Shown: piece after piece, positions 39,462 through 48,759 of the stretch
Position numbering within the stretch: position 1 is the stretch's first letter
Layout: every line of letters begins with the position of its first letter
Assembly: GCA_031411135.1 (NCBI GenBank)
Contig: JANOAN010000006.1
Coordinates: 272 to 64,271 of the forward strand
Direction: 5' to 3'
Origin: a bacterium
GTDB taxonomy: Bacteria; Patescibacteriota; Minisyncoccia; Phycocordibacterales; CAIZLB01
Length of the DNA: 64,000 nucleotides
The notes under the pieces: model-generated
Databases searched by the model: none
Seen by the model: only the letters and a program-made list of their open reading frames with translations
What the model was told of the DNA's origin: nothing
Program-made: the position numbers and the translations under genes

Positions 39462-40478
39462 ATGATACGAGTAGCCATTAATGGAGCAGGACGAATCGGA
39501 CGAGCATTTTTAAAACTTGCAATTACAAATAGGGATATAGAAATTGTCGCAATTAATGATATTGGGGATATTAATAATATTGCGTATTTATTGAAGCACG
39601 ACACTGTATACAAAGACAGCGGATTGGATATCAAAGTAGAAGGACAAGGATTTGTTATTAACGGAAAAAATGTAGCTTACACATCTGTTAAGGATCCTGC
39701 GACTTTGCCATGGGCATCAATGAAAATTGATATCGTAGTCGAGTCCACTGGATTATTTGCAAGTTTTGAAAAAGCTCGGGCACACATTACTGCAGGGGCT
39801 AAAAAGGTTGTAATTACTGGTCCTGTAAAAGAGGATCCAAAGGACGCGACAGAGGCAACAGTTCTCATGGTTTTGAATGAAGATGCACTTCAAGGTGCAG
39901 TTGTGACTTCAAACGCATCATGTACAACAAACGCTGGAAGTCCCTTGATGGCGATTTTGGACGAAACTGTAGGGATTGAAAAGGCACTTTTGAATACTGT
40001 GCATGCATATACTGCAAGCCAGACAATTGTTGATGGGCCTTCTAAAAAAGATTTCCGTGAAGGACGAGCTGCTGCACAAAACATTGTGCCTTCATCAACA
40101 GGTGCTGCAATTGCAGTAACAAAAGTTCTCCCACAACTTGCTGGAAAATTCGATGGAATTTCAATCCGAGTGCCTGTGCCAGTAGGATCAATTGTGGACA
40201 TAACTTTTATTTCAAAGCGCCCAACTTCGACTGAGGAAATTAATAGTATTCTTAAAAAAGCCGCACAGGATCCGAAGTGGGCAGGAATTTTCACAACCAC
40301 AGAAGAACCTCTTGTTTCAAGTGATATTGTCGGAAATCCGCATGCTTCGATTGGGGATTTGTCGTTCACACGCGTAGCAGATGGTAACTTGGTAAAGGTT
40401 TTGGCTTGGTATGACAACGAAATGGGATATACACACACGTTGTTACGACATGTTTTGACTGCTGGAAAATCACTTTAA
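39462..40478 (+). CDS. gap: Glyceraldehyde-3-phosphate dehydrogenase
   Basis: Motifs AINGAGRIGR, SNASCTTN and WYDNE. Confidence 0.98.
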   Translation: MIRVAINGAGRIGRAFLKLAITNRDIEIVAINDIGDINNIAYLLKHDTVYKDSGLDIKVEGQGFVINGKNVAYTSVKDPATLPWASMKIDIVVESTGLFASFEKARAHITAGAKKVVITGPVKEDPKDATEATVLMVLNEDALQGAVVTSNASCTTNAGSPLMAILDETVGIEKALLNTVHAYTASQTIVDGPSKKDFREGRAAAQNIVPSSTGAAIAVTKVLPQLAGKFDGISIRVPVPVGSIVDITFISKRPTSTEEINSILKKAAQDPKWAGIFTTTEEPLVSSDIVGNPHASIGDLSFTRVADGNLVKVLAWYDNEMGYTHTLLRHVLTAGKSL

Positions 40479-40481
40479 TAT

Positions 40482-40931
40482 ATGAAAATATACCTAGCAA
40501 CAGACCATGCCGGATATGAGCACAAAGAAACTTTAAAAAAATACCTGACTGATAAAGGTCACGAAATAGTTGACTGTGGCGCTGATAAATTTATCGAAGG
40601 TGATGATTACGTTCCATACATTGTGATGGCAACTCGAGCAGTATCAGCAGACCAGAACCTTAAGGCTGTTATTTTTGGAGGGTCCGGGCAAGGTGAAGCA
40701 ATCACAGCTAATCGTTTTCCAGGAGTACGCGCTGCAGTTTACTACGGTGGGAGTGAGGAGATAATAAAACTTTCTCGCGAACACAACGATGCAAATGTTT
40801 TATCAATTGGTGCAAGATTTGTTACAAATGAGGAAATGTTTCGAGTAGTTGATTTGTGGCTTGCAACTGAATTTTCAAAAGGCGAAAGACACGTGAGACG
40901 AATTAAAGAAATTGATACTTTAAGTTGGTAA
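40482..40931 (+). CDS. rpiB: Ribose-5-phosphate isomerase B
   Basis: Motifs TDHAG, GGSGQGE, REHNDAN and RHVRR. Confidence 0.95.
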   Translation: MKIYLATDHAGYEHKETLKKYLTDKGHEIVDCGADKFIEGDDYVPYIVMATRAVSADQNLKAVIFGGSGQGEAITANRFPGVRAAVYYGGSEEIIKLSREHNDANVLSIGARFVTNEEMFRVVDLWLATEFSKGERHVRRIKEIDTLSW

Positions 40932-40935
40932 AAAT

Positions 40936-41682
40936 ATGTCAAAGATACAAATTATTCCAGCTATAATCCCAAAGGACTTTTACGAACTTGAAGACAAGGT
41001 CGCACAAGTTGCGGGTCATGTAAAACAAGTGCATATCGACATGTGTGATGGAATACTTACTCGCAGTTCTTCGTGGCCAAAGGACGGAGATAAAATTTTT
41101 GAGCAGATTCTTATTGGTGAAAGAGGTCTTCCTGAATGGGAAGATGTTGATTACGAAGTTCATTTGATGACAGCTCATCCTGAAAATTATATTTTTGATT
41201 GGATTATGGGAGGTGCTTGCCGAGTGGTGGTCCAAGTTGAAAGTTTTTTTCCTGGATTCAAAGGTGATTTTAATGAAGGTGGAATGGAGAGGCTTGAAAA
41301 AATGCTTGAGAAGTTAAAGACAGATCACGGATATGATTCCAGCAATGATGATGGTTTTTATCAAGTGGGAATTTCAGTTGGGATTGATACGTCGCTTGAA
41401 ATTATCAAACCATTGATTGAAAAGTTTAATTTTGTACAATTAATGACAATCGCTTCAATTGGTTCCCAAGGAATTCCATTTGAAGAACGTGCGTACGATA
41501 GGATAAAAGAATTACGAAGTATGACAGAGAAGGAAATTTCAGTGGACGGTGGGGTGAATGAAAGTAACGCATTAAAACTACATGAAGCCGGCGTCGATCG
41601 CCTCGTTGTTGGATCTGCAATTTTTAACAATGATGTGCCAAGTGAAAAAGTAGATTCACTGAATTCGTTATTTGAAGTATAA
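40936..41682 (+). CDS. rpe: Ribulose-phosphate 3-epimerase
   Basis: Motifs HIDMCDG, EVHLM, SVDGG and VVGSAIF. Confidence 0.92.
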   Translation: MSKIQIIPAIIPKDFYELEDKVAQVAGHVKQVHIDMCDGILTRSSSWPKDGDKIFEQILIGERGLPEWEDVDYEVHLMTAHPENYIFDWIMGGACRVVVQVESFFPGFKGDFNEGGMERLEKMLEKLKTDHGYDSSNDDGFYQVGISVGIDTSLEIIKPLIEKFNFVQLMTIASIGSQGIPFEERAYDRIKELRSMTEKEISVDGGVNESNALKLHEAGVDRLVVGSAIFNNDVPSEKVDSLNSLFEV

Positions 41683-41691
41683 TAAGTGGGC

Positions 41692-42588
41692 ATGTCGCTC
41701 ACTGAAACCCAAGTTGTTTTTTTGGAAGAGAAGGCGAATTTAATTCGTCAGTCTATTATTGAAATGCTTCTCGAGGCAAAGAGCGGCCACTCGGCGGGAC
41801 CATTGGATATGTCAGATATTTTTGCAGCACTTTATTTTCATATTTTACGCCACAAAGCGGACGAACCAACTTGGGCTGATCGAGATCGATTAGTTTTATC
41901 AAACGGACATATTTGTCCAGTTTTATACGCTGCTATGGCACACAGTGGGTATTTCCCCGTAGCTGAATTAAAGACTTTGCGAAAATTCGGATCGCGCTTA
42001 CAAGGTCATCCACATAGAGAATTTCTACCAATGCTAGAAAATAGCTCAGGTCCTCTCGGATCGGGACTTTCACAAGCAGTTGGAATGGCGATTGCTGATA
42101 GAATGGATAATGGAAAGGTAAATCGAAAATTTATCTATTGCTTATTAGGTGATGGAGAATTAGATGAAGGTCAGAATTGGGAAGCTGTGATGTTGGGTGC
42201 CAAAGAAAAATTGGGAAATTTAATTGCGATAGTGGACAGGAATAATATTCAAATTGATGGTTTTACAGATGATATCATGCCGATTTCGCCATTGTTTGAT
42301 AAGTTTAAATCTTTCAATTGGCACGTACAGGAAATTGACGGACATAATATGAGATCAATTGAAACTGCAATTGAAACTGCAAAAGCGGTCTCTGATAAGC
42401 CGTCCATTATCATTGCACATACCGTACCGGGACGCGGAGTTTCATATATGGAAGGCCGTTACCAGTGGCATGGAACTCCTCCTGGAATTTCAAATATGGA
42501 AGGTGCACCAGATAAGGCAAAACAGGGCGAAGTTGCATTAGAAGACTTAAGAACTCTACATGGTCGAATAATAAGTGAACACCAATAA
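41692..42588 (+). CDS. Transketolase, N-terminal subunit
   Basis: DRLVLSNGH, LQGHP and GDGELDEGQNWEA. Confidence 0.95.
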   Translation: MSLTETQVVFLEEKANLIRQSIIEMLLEAKSGHSAGPLDMSDIFAALYFHILRHKADEPTWADRDRLVLSNGHICPVLYAAMAHSGYFPVAELKTLRKFGSRLQGHPHREFLPMLENSSGPLGSGLSQAVGMAIADRMDNGKVNRKFIYCLLGDGELDEGQNWEAVMLGAKEKLGNLIAIVDRNNIQIDGFTDDIMPISPLFDKFKSFNWHVQEIDGHNMRSIETAIETAKAVSDKPSIIIAHTVPGRGVSYMEGRYQWHGTPPGISNMEGAPDKAKQGEVALEDLRTLHGRIISEHQ

Positions 42589-42589
42589 A

Positions 42590-43585
42590 ATGAACCTAAA
42601 CCCAAAAATATTTGATAAAGATGTAGAACAAGTTCCAATCCGAAAGGGCTTTGGTAATGGTTTGGTTTTGGCAGCTGAAAAAAATAAAGATGTTGTTGGG
42701 CTTTGTGCGGATCTGACAGAATCGACAATGATGCACTTGTTCAAGAATAAATTTCCCGAGAGGTTTGTAGAAATCGGCGTTGCAGAGCAGAACTTGGCAT
42801 CAGTGGCATCTGGAATGGCAGCCATGGGAAAGATTCCATTTATCAGTTCTTATGCAATGTTCAGTCCAGGACGAAATTGGGAGCAAATCCGCACGACCAT
42901 TTGTTACAACGATAGGAAGGTAGTGATTGTGGGGTCGCATGCAGGAATTTCAGTTGGTCCTGATGGCGGAACTCATCAAGCAATCGAGGACATTGCAATT
43001 ACACGTGTTATTCCAAATATAATTGTGATTTCTCCATGTGATGCAATAGAGGCAAAGAAAGCGACACTGGCGTGTTTAGATATTAAGACACCAGTTTACT
43101 TACGATTAGCTCGAGAAAAAACACCAGTGATGACTACAGAAGAAACTCCTTTTGTTGTAGGTAAAGCTCAAATTTTCTATGAAGCAAATAAGGCACTTTT
43201 AAAAAAGGAAAATATTGATGTAGGAATTATTGCAACTGGTTCGTTGGTTCACAAAGCAATAATGGTAGCGAGGAATTTGGAAAAGAAAGGAATTGCTGTG
43301 AATGTTTTGAATCTTTCTACAATTAAACCCCTTGATACAGATGCGATTTTAAGTTTAGCGAAAGAAGCAGGCGCTATTGTGACAGTTGAAGAACATCAAG
43401 TTGCTGGTGGGATGGGAAGTGCCGTGGCGGAGTTTTTAGCAGGAAATTTTCCTGTGCCAATCGAATTTATCGGAGTTCAGAATAAGTTTGGTCAGTCGGG
43501 CACTCCTGATAAGTTGATTGAACATTATGGAATGGGGGAATCTCATATTATGAAAGCGGTAGAGAGGGTGATGGGGAGGAAGTAA
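42590..43585 (+). CDS. Transketolase, C-terminal subunit
   Basis: GVAEQN, DGGTHQ and TVEEH. Confidence 0.95.
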   Translation: MNLNPKIFDKDVEQVPIRKGFGNGLVLAAEKNKDVVGLCADLTESTMMHLFKNKFPERFVEIGVAEQNLASVASGMAAMGKIPFISSYAMFSPGRNWEQIRTTICYNDRKVVIVGSHAGISVGPDGGTHQAIEDIAITRVIPNIIVISPCDAIEAKKATLACLDIKTPVYLRLAREKTPVMTTEETPFVVGKAQIFYEANKALLKKENIDVGIIATGSLVHKAIMVARNLEKKGIAVNVLNLSTIKPLDTDAILSLAKEAGAIVTVEEHQVAGGMGSAVAEFLAGNFPVPIEFIGVQNKFGQSGTPDKLIEHYGMGESHIMKAVERVMGRK

Positions 43586-43628
43586 TAATTAACAATGGGC
43601 GACTCCAGACTCACTAAAACTTTCCAAA

Positions 43629-44606
43629 CTATATCTCCCGTGCACTCCACCCCTCCGGTTGCTTCTTCATGTAACCCTCTAATCTTTCATCAGTCAACAA
43701 TCCCTTCTGTGCACCAACATATTCACAAACACTCATGGAATTAATTGATCCGTGCTTCATCGCAGTCTCTACATCCAGTCCTTTCAAAATCGCAATTGAA
43801 AAAGTTGAAGAAAAAGCATCTCCCGCACCAGTTCTTTCGTAGGCAGGTTTTTCATCAGGATACATTGGTAGGTGAACTGGCTTATCATTTATATAAGTAT
43901 ATGAACCGTCTGGTCCATCTGTAATAACAGGAAGTTTTACCCCTAGATTCTTAATCCCTGCTAATAGGGTTGTTACATCTCGAGTGTCAGTTCCTAGAAT
44001 AATCTGTGCTTCTTCAACGTTACAGAAGAATAATTCTGCGCGTTTGTAAATTCTTTCCAGTGCTTTTGCACCAAATTTAATTTGATAAGTTCCAGGCTGG
44101 AAGACTAATCGAATTTCAGGATGTGAATCTAGATAATCTGCAATTTCGTTGTGGAAGGGTAGTGATTTTTCACCAAGAGAGCTTAGGTAAAACATTTTAG
44201 GTGATCCGATGTCAGGCATTTTAAGTGGATAGTCCTCGTGCTTAATTAAAATTGTGCGATCCTGTTCAAACCATAAAACATAGTGATAGTTTGTTACTAA
44301 ACCCTTATTTATAGCCACATAATCAGTGGAAACTTTTTCCTGTTTTAATCTGTCAATACACTCTTTTCCATGCTGATCGTCTCCGATATTCACAATTAGT
44401 CCTGAAGATAAACCAAGTCTCGCTGCTGCAACTGATGCGTTTGCGCTATTTCCAACCGCGGGAACTTCTTCTGCGAATTCGAATGGAATTTTTGATCCAT
44501 AAGGCATGCAAAGCTCTTTTGGATTTCCAGCGATATGACCAACTTGAAGTCTAATAAATGAATCGATAACGATATCTCCTAAAGCCACAAAATCAAGATT
44601 TTTCAT
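43629..44606 (-). CDS. PfkB-family carbohydrate kinase
   Basis: GNSANASV, NVEEA and RTGAGDAF. Confidence 0.92.
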   Translation of the reverse strand: MKNLDFVALGDIVIDSFIRLQVGHIAGNPKELCMPYGSKIPFEFAEEVPAVGNSANASVAAARLGLSSGLIVNIGDDQHGKECIDRLKQEKVSTDYVAINKGLVTNYHYVLWFEQDRTILIKHEDYPLKMPDIGSPKMFYLSSLGEKSLPFHNEIADYLDSHPEIRLVFQPGTYQIKFGAKALERIYKRAELFFCNVEEAQIILGTDTRDVTTLLAGIKNLGVKLPVITDGPDGSYTYINDKPVHLPMYPDEKPAYERTGAGDAFSSTFSIAILKGLDVETAMKHGSINSMSVCEYVGAQKGLLTDERLEGYMKKQPEGWSAREI

Positions 44607-44644
44607 AAGTATTATTGTATCAATCTAAGGTGCATAAAGCACAC

Positions 44645-44787
44645 TTGACGGCAGGGTGGTGGAGTTGTACCATTTACTTCCAGTTGCTCTTTTTAATTTT
44701 AAATAGGTAGTGTTTATACTTAAACTTGGCTTTGAGGCGACTTATTATTTTTTCATTTTCATGGAGAGATAATATGTCGTCTCAAAG
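44645..44787 (+). promoter_or_regulatory. Promoter, boxA-like motif and long leader hairpin
   Basis: TTGACG-17 nt-TACCAT (44645-44673); TGCTCTTT at 44685; long stem 44730-44787. Confidence 0.55.
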
Positions 44788-44859
44788 AGTGCCGAACTTC
44801 AAGAGGTTCTCCAGAGCGGCAGTTAAACCACAAAAAACAACCACGAAGAAAAAATAGTT

Positions 44860-45312
44860 ATGACGCCCAAAGTCACAGTACCCAAGTCACCAACAGCACA
44901 ACCCCCGGAGTTCTTCCGCGGGGAACCCATGCGGAAGAAACTGGAAGGTGGAGTCACCCTCTGCTTCCAACGCTTGGTACCCAAAACGGATGTCTGCAAG
45001 AAGACCGTCCGCAAAAGCCTGACAGCCTTCGGACGCAGTCCTGATGAGGCTTGCCTCAAGTTCGACCGCACATTCGTCCTGCCCGAAAATATCCGCGAAC
45101 CTCTCATCGAGTTCTTCCTCGCGGATGGTAGCCCTCAAGACGGGACATGTCTCGTGATCGGCAAAAACGGCGGTGAAGCAGAAAGTATCGAAGTGAAATA
45201 CAAGAGTCGCAACAATGAGCCATATGTCCATGCGACGCAGGCCATTCGCGAACTCGCCGAGGCTCCCGGAGTTTTCGGCATCGTCTTCCTCGAAGCGAAG
45301 ACCAGCAAGTAA
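44860..45312 (+). CDS. Hypothetical protein (150 aa, GC-shifted)
   Basis: Clean ORF with C-ending codon bias, flanked by a promoter and a terminator. Confidence 0.7.
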   Translation: MTPKVTVPKSPTAQPPEFFRGEPMRKKLEGGVTLCFQRLVPKTDVCKKTVRKSLTAFGRSPDEACLKFDRTFVLPENIREPLIEFFLADGSPQDGTCLVIGKNGGEAESIEVKYKSRNNEPYVHATQAIRELAEAPGVFGIVFLEAKTSK

Positions 45313-45410
45313 CCGAAGTCGGCGTTCCTAGCGCCTACTTCTGGAGTGTGTCAAGGAAAGCACACGTGGTATGACCTAGGAAAACCAACACCACCTATTA
45401 GTTCAAAACC

Positions 45411-45450
45411 CAACCCTCGAGACGCGTAAGCGCCCCGAGGGTTGAACTTT
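45411..45450 (+). terminator. Terminator hairpin
   Basis: CAACCCTCG..CGC-GTAA-GCG..CGAGGGTTG. Confidence 0.7.
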
Positions 45451-45483
45451 CTCTAGACTAGAATAATTTGATACAATACACAC

Positions 45484-46368
45484 ATGAACTCAGTACAAAA
45501 ATTTTCAAACGGTCTCACTTATCGAGAAACTATTAACACCGCTCGCGAACAAAAAATTTCAATTGGACATTTTAATATTTCAAATTTAGAGGCTTTGCGA
45601 GGGATTGTTCAAGCGGCTATAAAACTAAACGTCCCAGTTATTATCGGAGTATCAGAAGGGGAAAGAGACTTTGTTGGGGTTAAACAAACTGTTGCGCTGA
45701 TAAAAGCTTATCGTGATCAATATAATAATCACCCAATATTTCTAAACGCAGATCATACTTATTCATTCGAAAGGGTAAAAGAGGCAATAGATGCTGGTTT
45801 TGATTCAGTCATTATTGATGGAGCAAAACTTCCAATGGATCAAAATATTTTGATAGCAAAAAAATCTGTTGAATATGCTAAAAAATGCGGTAGGGATGTG
45901 GTTGTAGAAGGGGAAATTGGATACATCGGTACTTCATCAAAAATTTTAGATGCAATTCCTGATGGGGTAACTGTTACAAGTGTTGAAGAGGCAAGGGCGT
46001 TTGTTTCTGCCACTGGCGTAGAAATGCTAGCCCCTGCTGTTGGAAACGTACATGGGATTCTTCGAAGTGGAGTAAACCCAGCACTGCGAATTGATTTGAT
46101 AAAACAAATTTCTGAATCATTAAATATGCCATTGGTTCTACACGGGGCTTCCGGAATTAGTTCTGCTGATCTTGAAAATGCCTCTCAAAATGGAATGACC
46201 ATTGTCCACTACAATACTGAACTTCGAATTGCATTTCGCGATGCAGTTAAAAAAACTTTGGAAAAAAATCCAGATGAAGTGGCCCCATACAAGATTATGG
46301 CATCGTCCATCGATGCAGTCCAAAAAGTGGTTGAAGAAAAGCTGAAAATAATGAATCGAATGAATTAA
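45484..46368 (+). CDS. fba: Class II fructose-bisphosphate aldolase
   Basis: Motifs NADH, VEGEIG, AVGNVHG and LVLHGASG. Confidence 0.93.
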   Translation: MNSVQKFSNGLTYRETINTAREQKISIGHFNISNLEALRGIVQAAIKLNVPVIIGVSEGERDFVGVKQTVALIKAYRDQYNNHPIFLNADHTYSFERVKEAIDAGFDSVIIDGAKLPMDQNILIAKKSVEYAKKCGRDVVVEGEIGYIGTSSKILDAIPDGVTVTSVEEARAFVSATGVEMLAPAVGNVHGILRSGVNPALRIDLIKQISESLNMPLVLHGASGISSADLENASQNGMTIVHYNTELRIAFRDAVKKTLEKNPDEVAPYKIMASSIDAVQKVVEEKLKIMNRMN

Positions 46369-46373
46369 AAAAA

Positions 46374-48029
46374 ATGAAATCTGAAACTCTAGAACAACTG
46401 AGGGCAGCCTTTAATGGCGATATGTATACGGACCCTGTCGTTTTAAAGCAGTATAGTCGAGATGCTAGTGTGTGTGAAATCATTCCACAAGTAGTTTTGT
46501 GTCCAAAAACAATTGGAGATGTAAAATCTATTGTTAAATTTGTCTCAAGTAATCCGGGGTTATCAATAACAGTAAGAGCAGCCGGAACGGATATGTCAGG
46601 GGCTGCCATTGGTGAATCTATAATAATGGACGTAAATAAATACATACAGGGTATTGTAAGTTGGGGCGTAATTGGAAAAATCGAAGCTGAAATTACAGTT
46701 TTACCGGGTACTTTCTATCGTGATTTTGAAAAGGAAACTATGGCTAAAGGTTTTTTCTTGCCAAGTTATCCAGCTTCAAAACTGATTAATACTGTTGGTG
46801 GAATGGTAGGAAACAATTCTGCTGGAGAAAAAACTTTGACTTACGGACAGACTGAAAGATATGTAAAAAGTCTGAAGGTTATTTTACGCGATGGAAATGA
46901 ATATTTGGTAAAACCTTTAAATAAAGAAGAATTGGATAAAAAGTTGGCACAAAACGATTTGGAGGGGGAATTGTATAAGTCTGTTTGGAAAATTGTTTCA
47001 GAAAATGCAGATGAAATCCAAAGCGCAAAACCTATCACTTCAAAAAATTCTGCAGGTTTTGCTTTATGGAATGTTTGGAATGAAGATGAGAATATTTTTG
47101 ACCTAACAAAAATAATTGTTGGATCGCAAGGGACTTTGTGTGTTGTCTCTGAAATTACTTTCAAGCTTGTACCAGTGCATTTAAAATCACAAATGCTTGT
47201 TGTTTTTATGCCATCCCTCGATCCAATCGGCCCTCTTGTTAAAGACATTCTTCCATTCGCTCCAACCAGCATTGAATCATATGACGAAGATACTATTAAA
47301 TTAGCCGTAAAATATTTCCGGGATCTTCCTTACCAAGGAAAATTATTAAGCTTCTTGAAACTGGCGTGGAACTTTATGCCCGAATTCCAAATGGTCCGTT
47401 CTGATGGAATTCCAAAATTGGTGCTCTTGATTGAATTTACAGGAGATACCGAAAAAGAAATTGGAGATAAGATAAAAAAACTCAATGCTCTTATTAAAGA
47501 AAAATACTATTTAAAAACTGAATATGTGACGAGTCCATCCAAGGCTAAAAAATATTGGACCATCCGAAGGGAAAGTTACAACCTCTTACGAAAGCATGCT
47601 GAAGGTAAAAAGGTTGCTACTTTTATCGAGGACGTAATTGTCCCGCCAGAACGTCTTCCGGAATTCCTTCCACAATTTAGAGATATTTTAAAATCATACA
47701 ATTTAACCTATAGCATTGCAGGGCACGCTGGGAGCGGCAACTTCCACGTTTTTCCACTTATGGATTTTAAAAATCCAGAGCATGTAGACAATATTATTGA
47801 AATATCAAAAAAGGTTTACAATCTCGTTGGTCAGTATAAAGGATCAATCACTGCCGAACATTCCGATGGTATTGTTCGCGCCCCGTTTCTTTCAAAAATG
47901 TTTTCCCCAAAGACCTTAGAACTCTTTGTTGGAATTAAAAAATCATTTGATCCACAAAATTTCTTTAATCCGGGTAAGAAGGTGGGGGCTACAGTGGAGT
48001 ATTTTAAAAACCATATAATTAAGGAATAG
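46374..48029 (+). CDS. FAD-linked oxidoreductase (GlcD/D-lactate dehydrogenase-like)
   Basis: YSRDAS, GGMVGNNSAG, GSQGTL, GHAGSGNFH, AEHSDG and NPGK. Confidence 0.9.
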   Translation: MKSETLEQLRAAFNGDMYTDPVVLKQYSRDASVCEIIPQVVLCPKTIGDVKSIVKFVSSNPGLSITVRAAGTDMSGAAIGESIIMDVNKYIQGIVSWGVIGKIEAEITVLPGTFYRDFEKETMAKGFFLPSYPASKLINTVGGMVGNNSAGEKTLTYGQTERYVKSLKVILRDGNEYLVKPLNKEELDKKLAQNDLEGELYKSVWKIVSENADEIQSAKPITSKNSAGFALWNVWNEDENIFDLTKIIVGSQGTLCVVSEITFKLVPVHLKSQMLVVFMPSLDPIGPLVKDILPFAPTSIESYDEDTIKLAVKYFRDLPYQGKLLSFLKLAWNFMPEFQMVRSDGIPKLVLLIEFTGDTEKEIGDKIKKLNALIKEKYYLKTEYVTSPSKAKKYWTIRRESYNLLRKHAEGKKVATFIEDVIVPPERLPEFLPQFRDILKSYNLTYSIAGHAGSGNFHVFPLMDFKNPEHVDNIIEISKKVYNLVGQYKGSITAEHSDGIVRAPFLSKMFSPKTLELFVGIKKSFDPQNFFNPGKKVGATVEYFKNHIIKE

Positions 48030-48070
48030 GGGCTTGATTTCCTCCTTAAAATATATATACTTTCAGAACT

Positions 48071-48721
48071 ATGATATCAATCAACTTAGAAAAGCGCGCA
48101 GCAGGTGCCAAATTGGGCTCTCTTCGCACATCTGGAAAAATTCCTGCTGTTATGTACGGCCCTAAAAATCCTGCTAAATCTGTTTCTGTAAACGAGATCG
48201 AATTTATTAAGGCTTTCCGACAGGCCGGAGAATCAACTGTAATTGTTGCTAATCTTGATGGTGCTGAACACGAGACTTTGGTTCACGATATGGACTTGGA
48301 ACCTGTTTCTGGAAAAATCCGCCACATCGACTTTTTGGTACTTGAAAAAGGAAAGAAAATTACACTTCACGTTCCTCTTGAATACATTGGTGATTCGGCA
48401 GCTGTTAAGGCAGGTGCTCTTCTTGTAAAGGTTCTTCATGAAGTTGAAATTGAGGCTATGCCAAAAGATCTTCCTCACAATATCGAGGTAGATATTACTG
48501 CTTTGGTTGATCTTGAATCTCAAATCAAGGCCGGTGATCTTAAGTTGCCATCAGGAGTTGAATTGAAAACAGATGCTGATGAAATCGTTGCTATCGTTGC
48601 TGCTGCCAAGGAAGAAGTTGAAGAAGTTGCCGCTCCAGTTGATCTATCTGCTATCGAATTGTCTGAAAAGAAAGGAAAGAAGGATGAAGAGGGTGCTCCT
48701 GCCGAAGACGCTGCTAAATAA
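48071..48721 (+). CDS. rplY: 50S ribosomal protein L25/CTC
   Basis: IPAVMYG, HIDF, the CTC domain and an acidic tail. Confidence 0.96.
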   Translation: MISINLEKRAAGAKLGSLRTSGKIPAVMYGPKNPAKSVSVNEIEFIKAFRQAGESTVIVANLDGAEHETLVHDMDLEPVSGKIRHIDFLVLEKGKKITLHVPLEYIGDSAAVKAGALLVKVLHEVEIEAMPKDLPHNIEVDITALVDLESQIKAGDLKLPSGVELKTDADEIVAIVAAAKEEVEEVAAPVDLSAIELSEKKGKKDEEGAPAEDAAK

Positions 48722-48759
48722 TTTTTATAATATCACCCTGGGTGTTATAATAGATATTA

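Noticed and set aside
39890-40438. 182-aa ORF antisense to gap, and similar antisense ORFs over pyk, secA, tsf, the ATPase and the glycosyltransferases
   Set aside because: They are shadow frames of well-supported genes and show no recognisable motifs.
41692-43585. Split transketolase as a frameshifted pseudogene
   Set aside because: Two-subunit transketolases are a known form, and both ORFs have complete motifs and adjacent stop and start codons.
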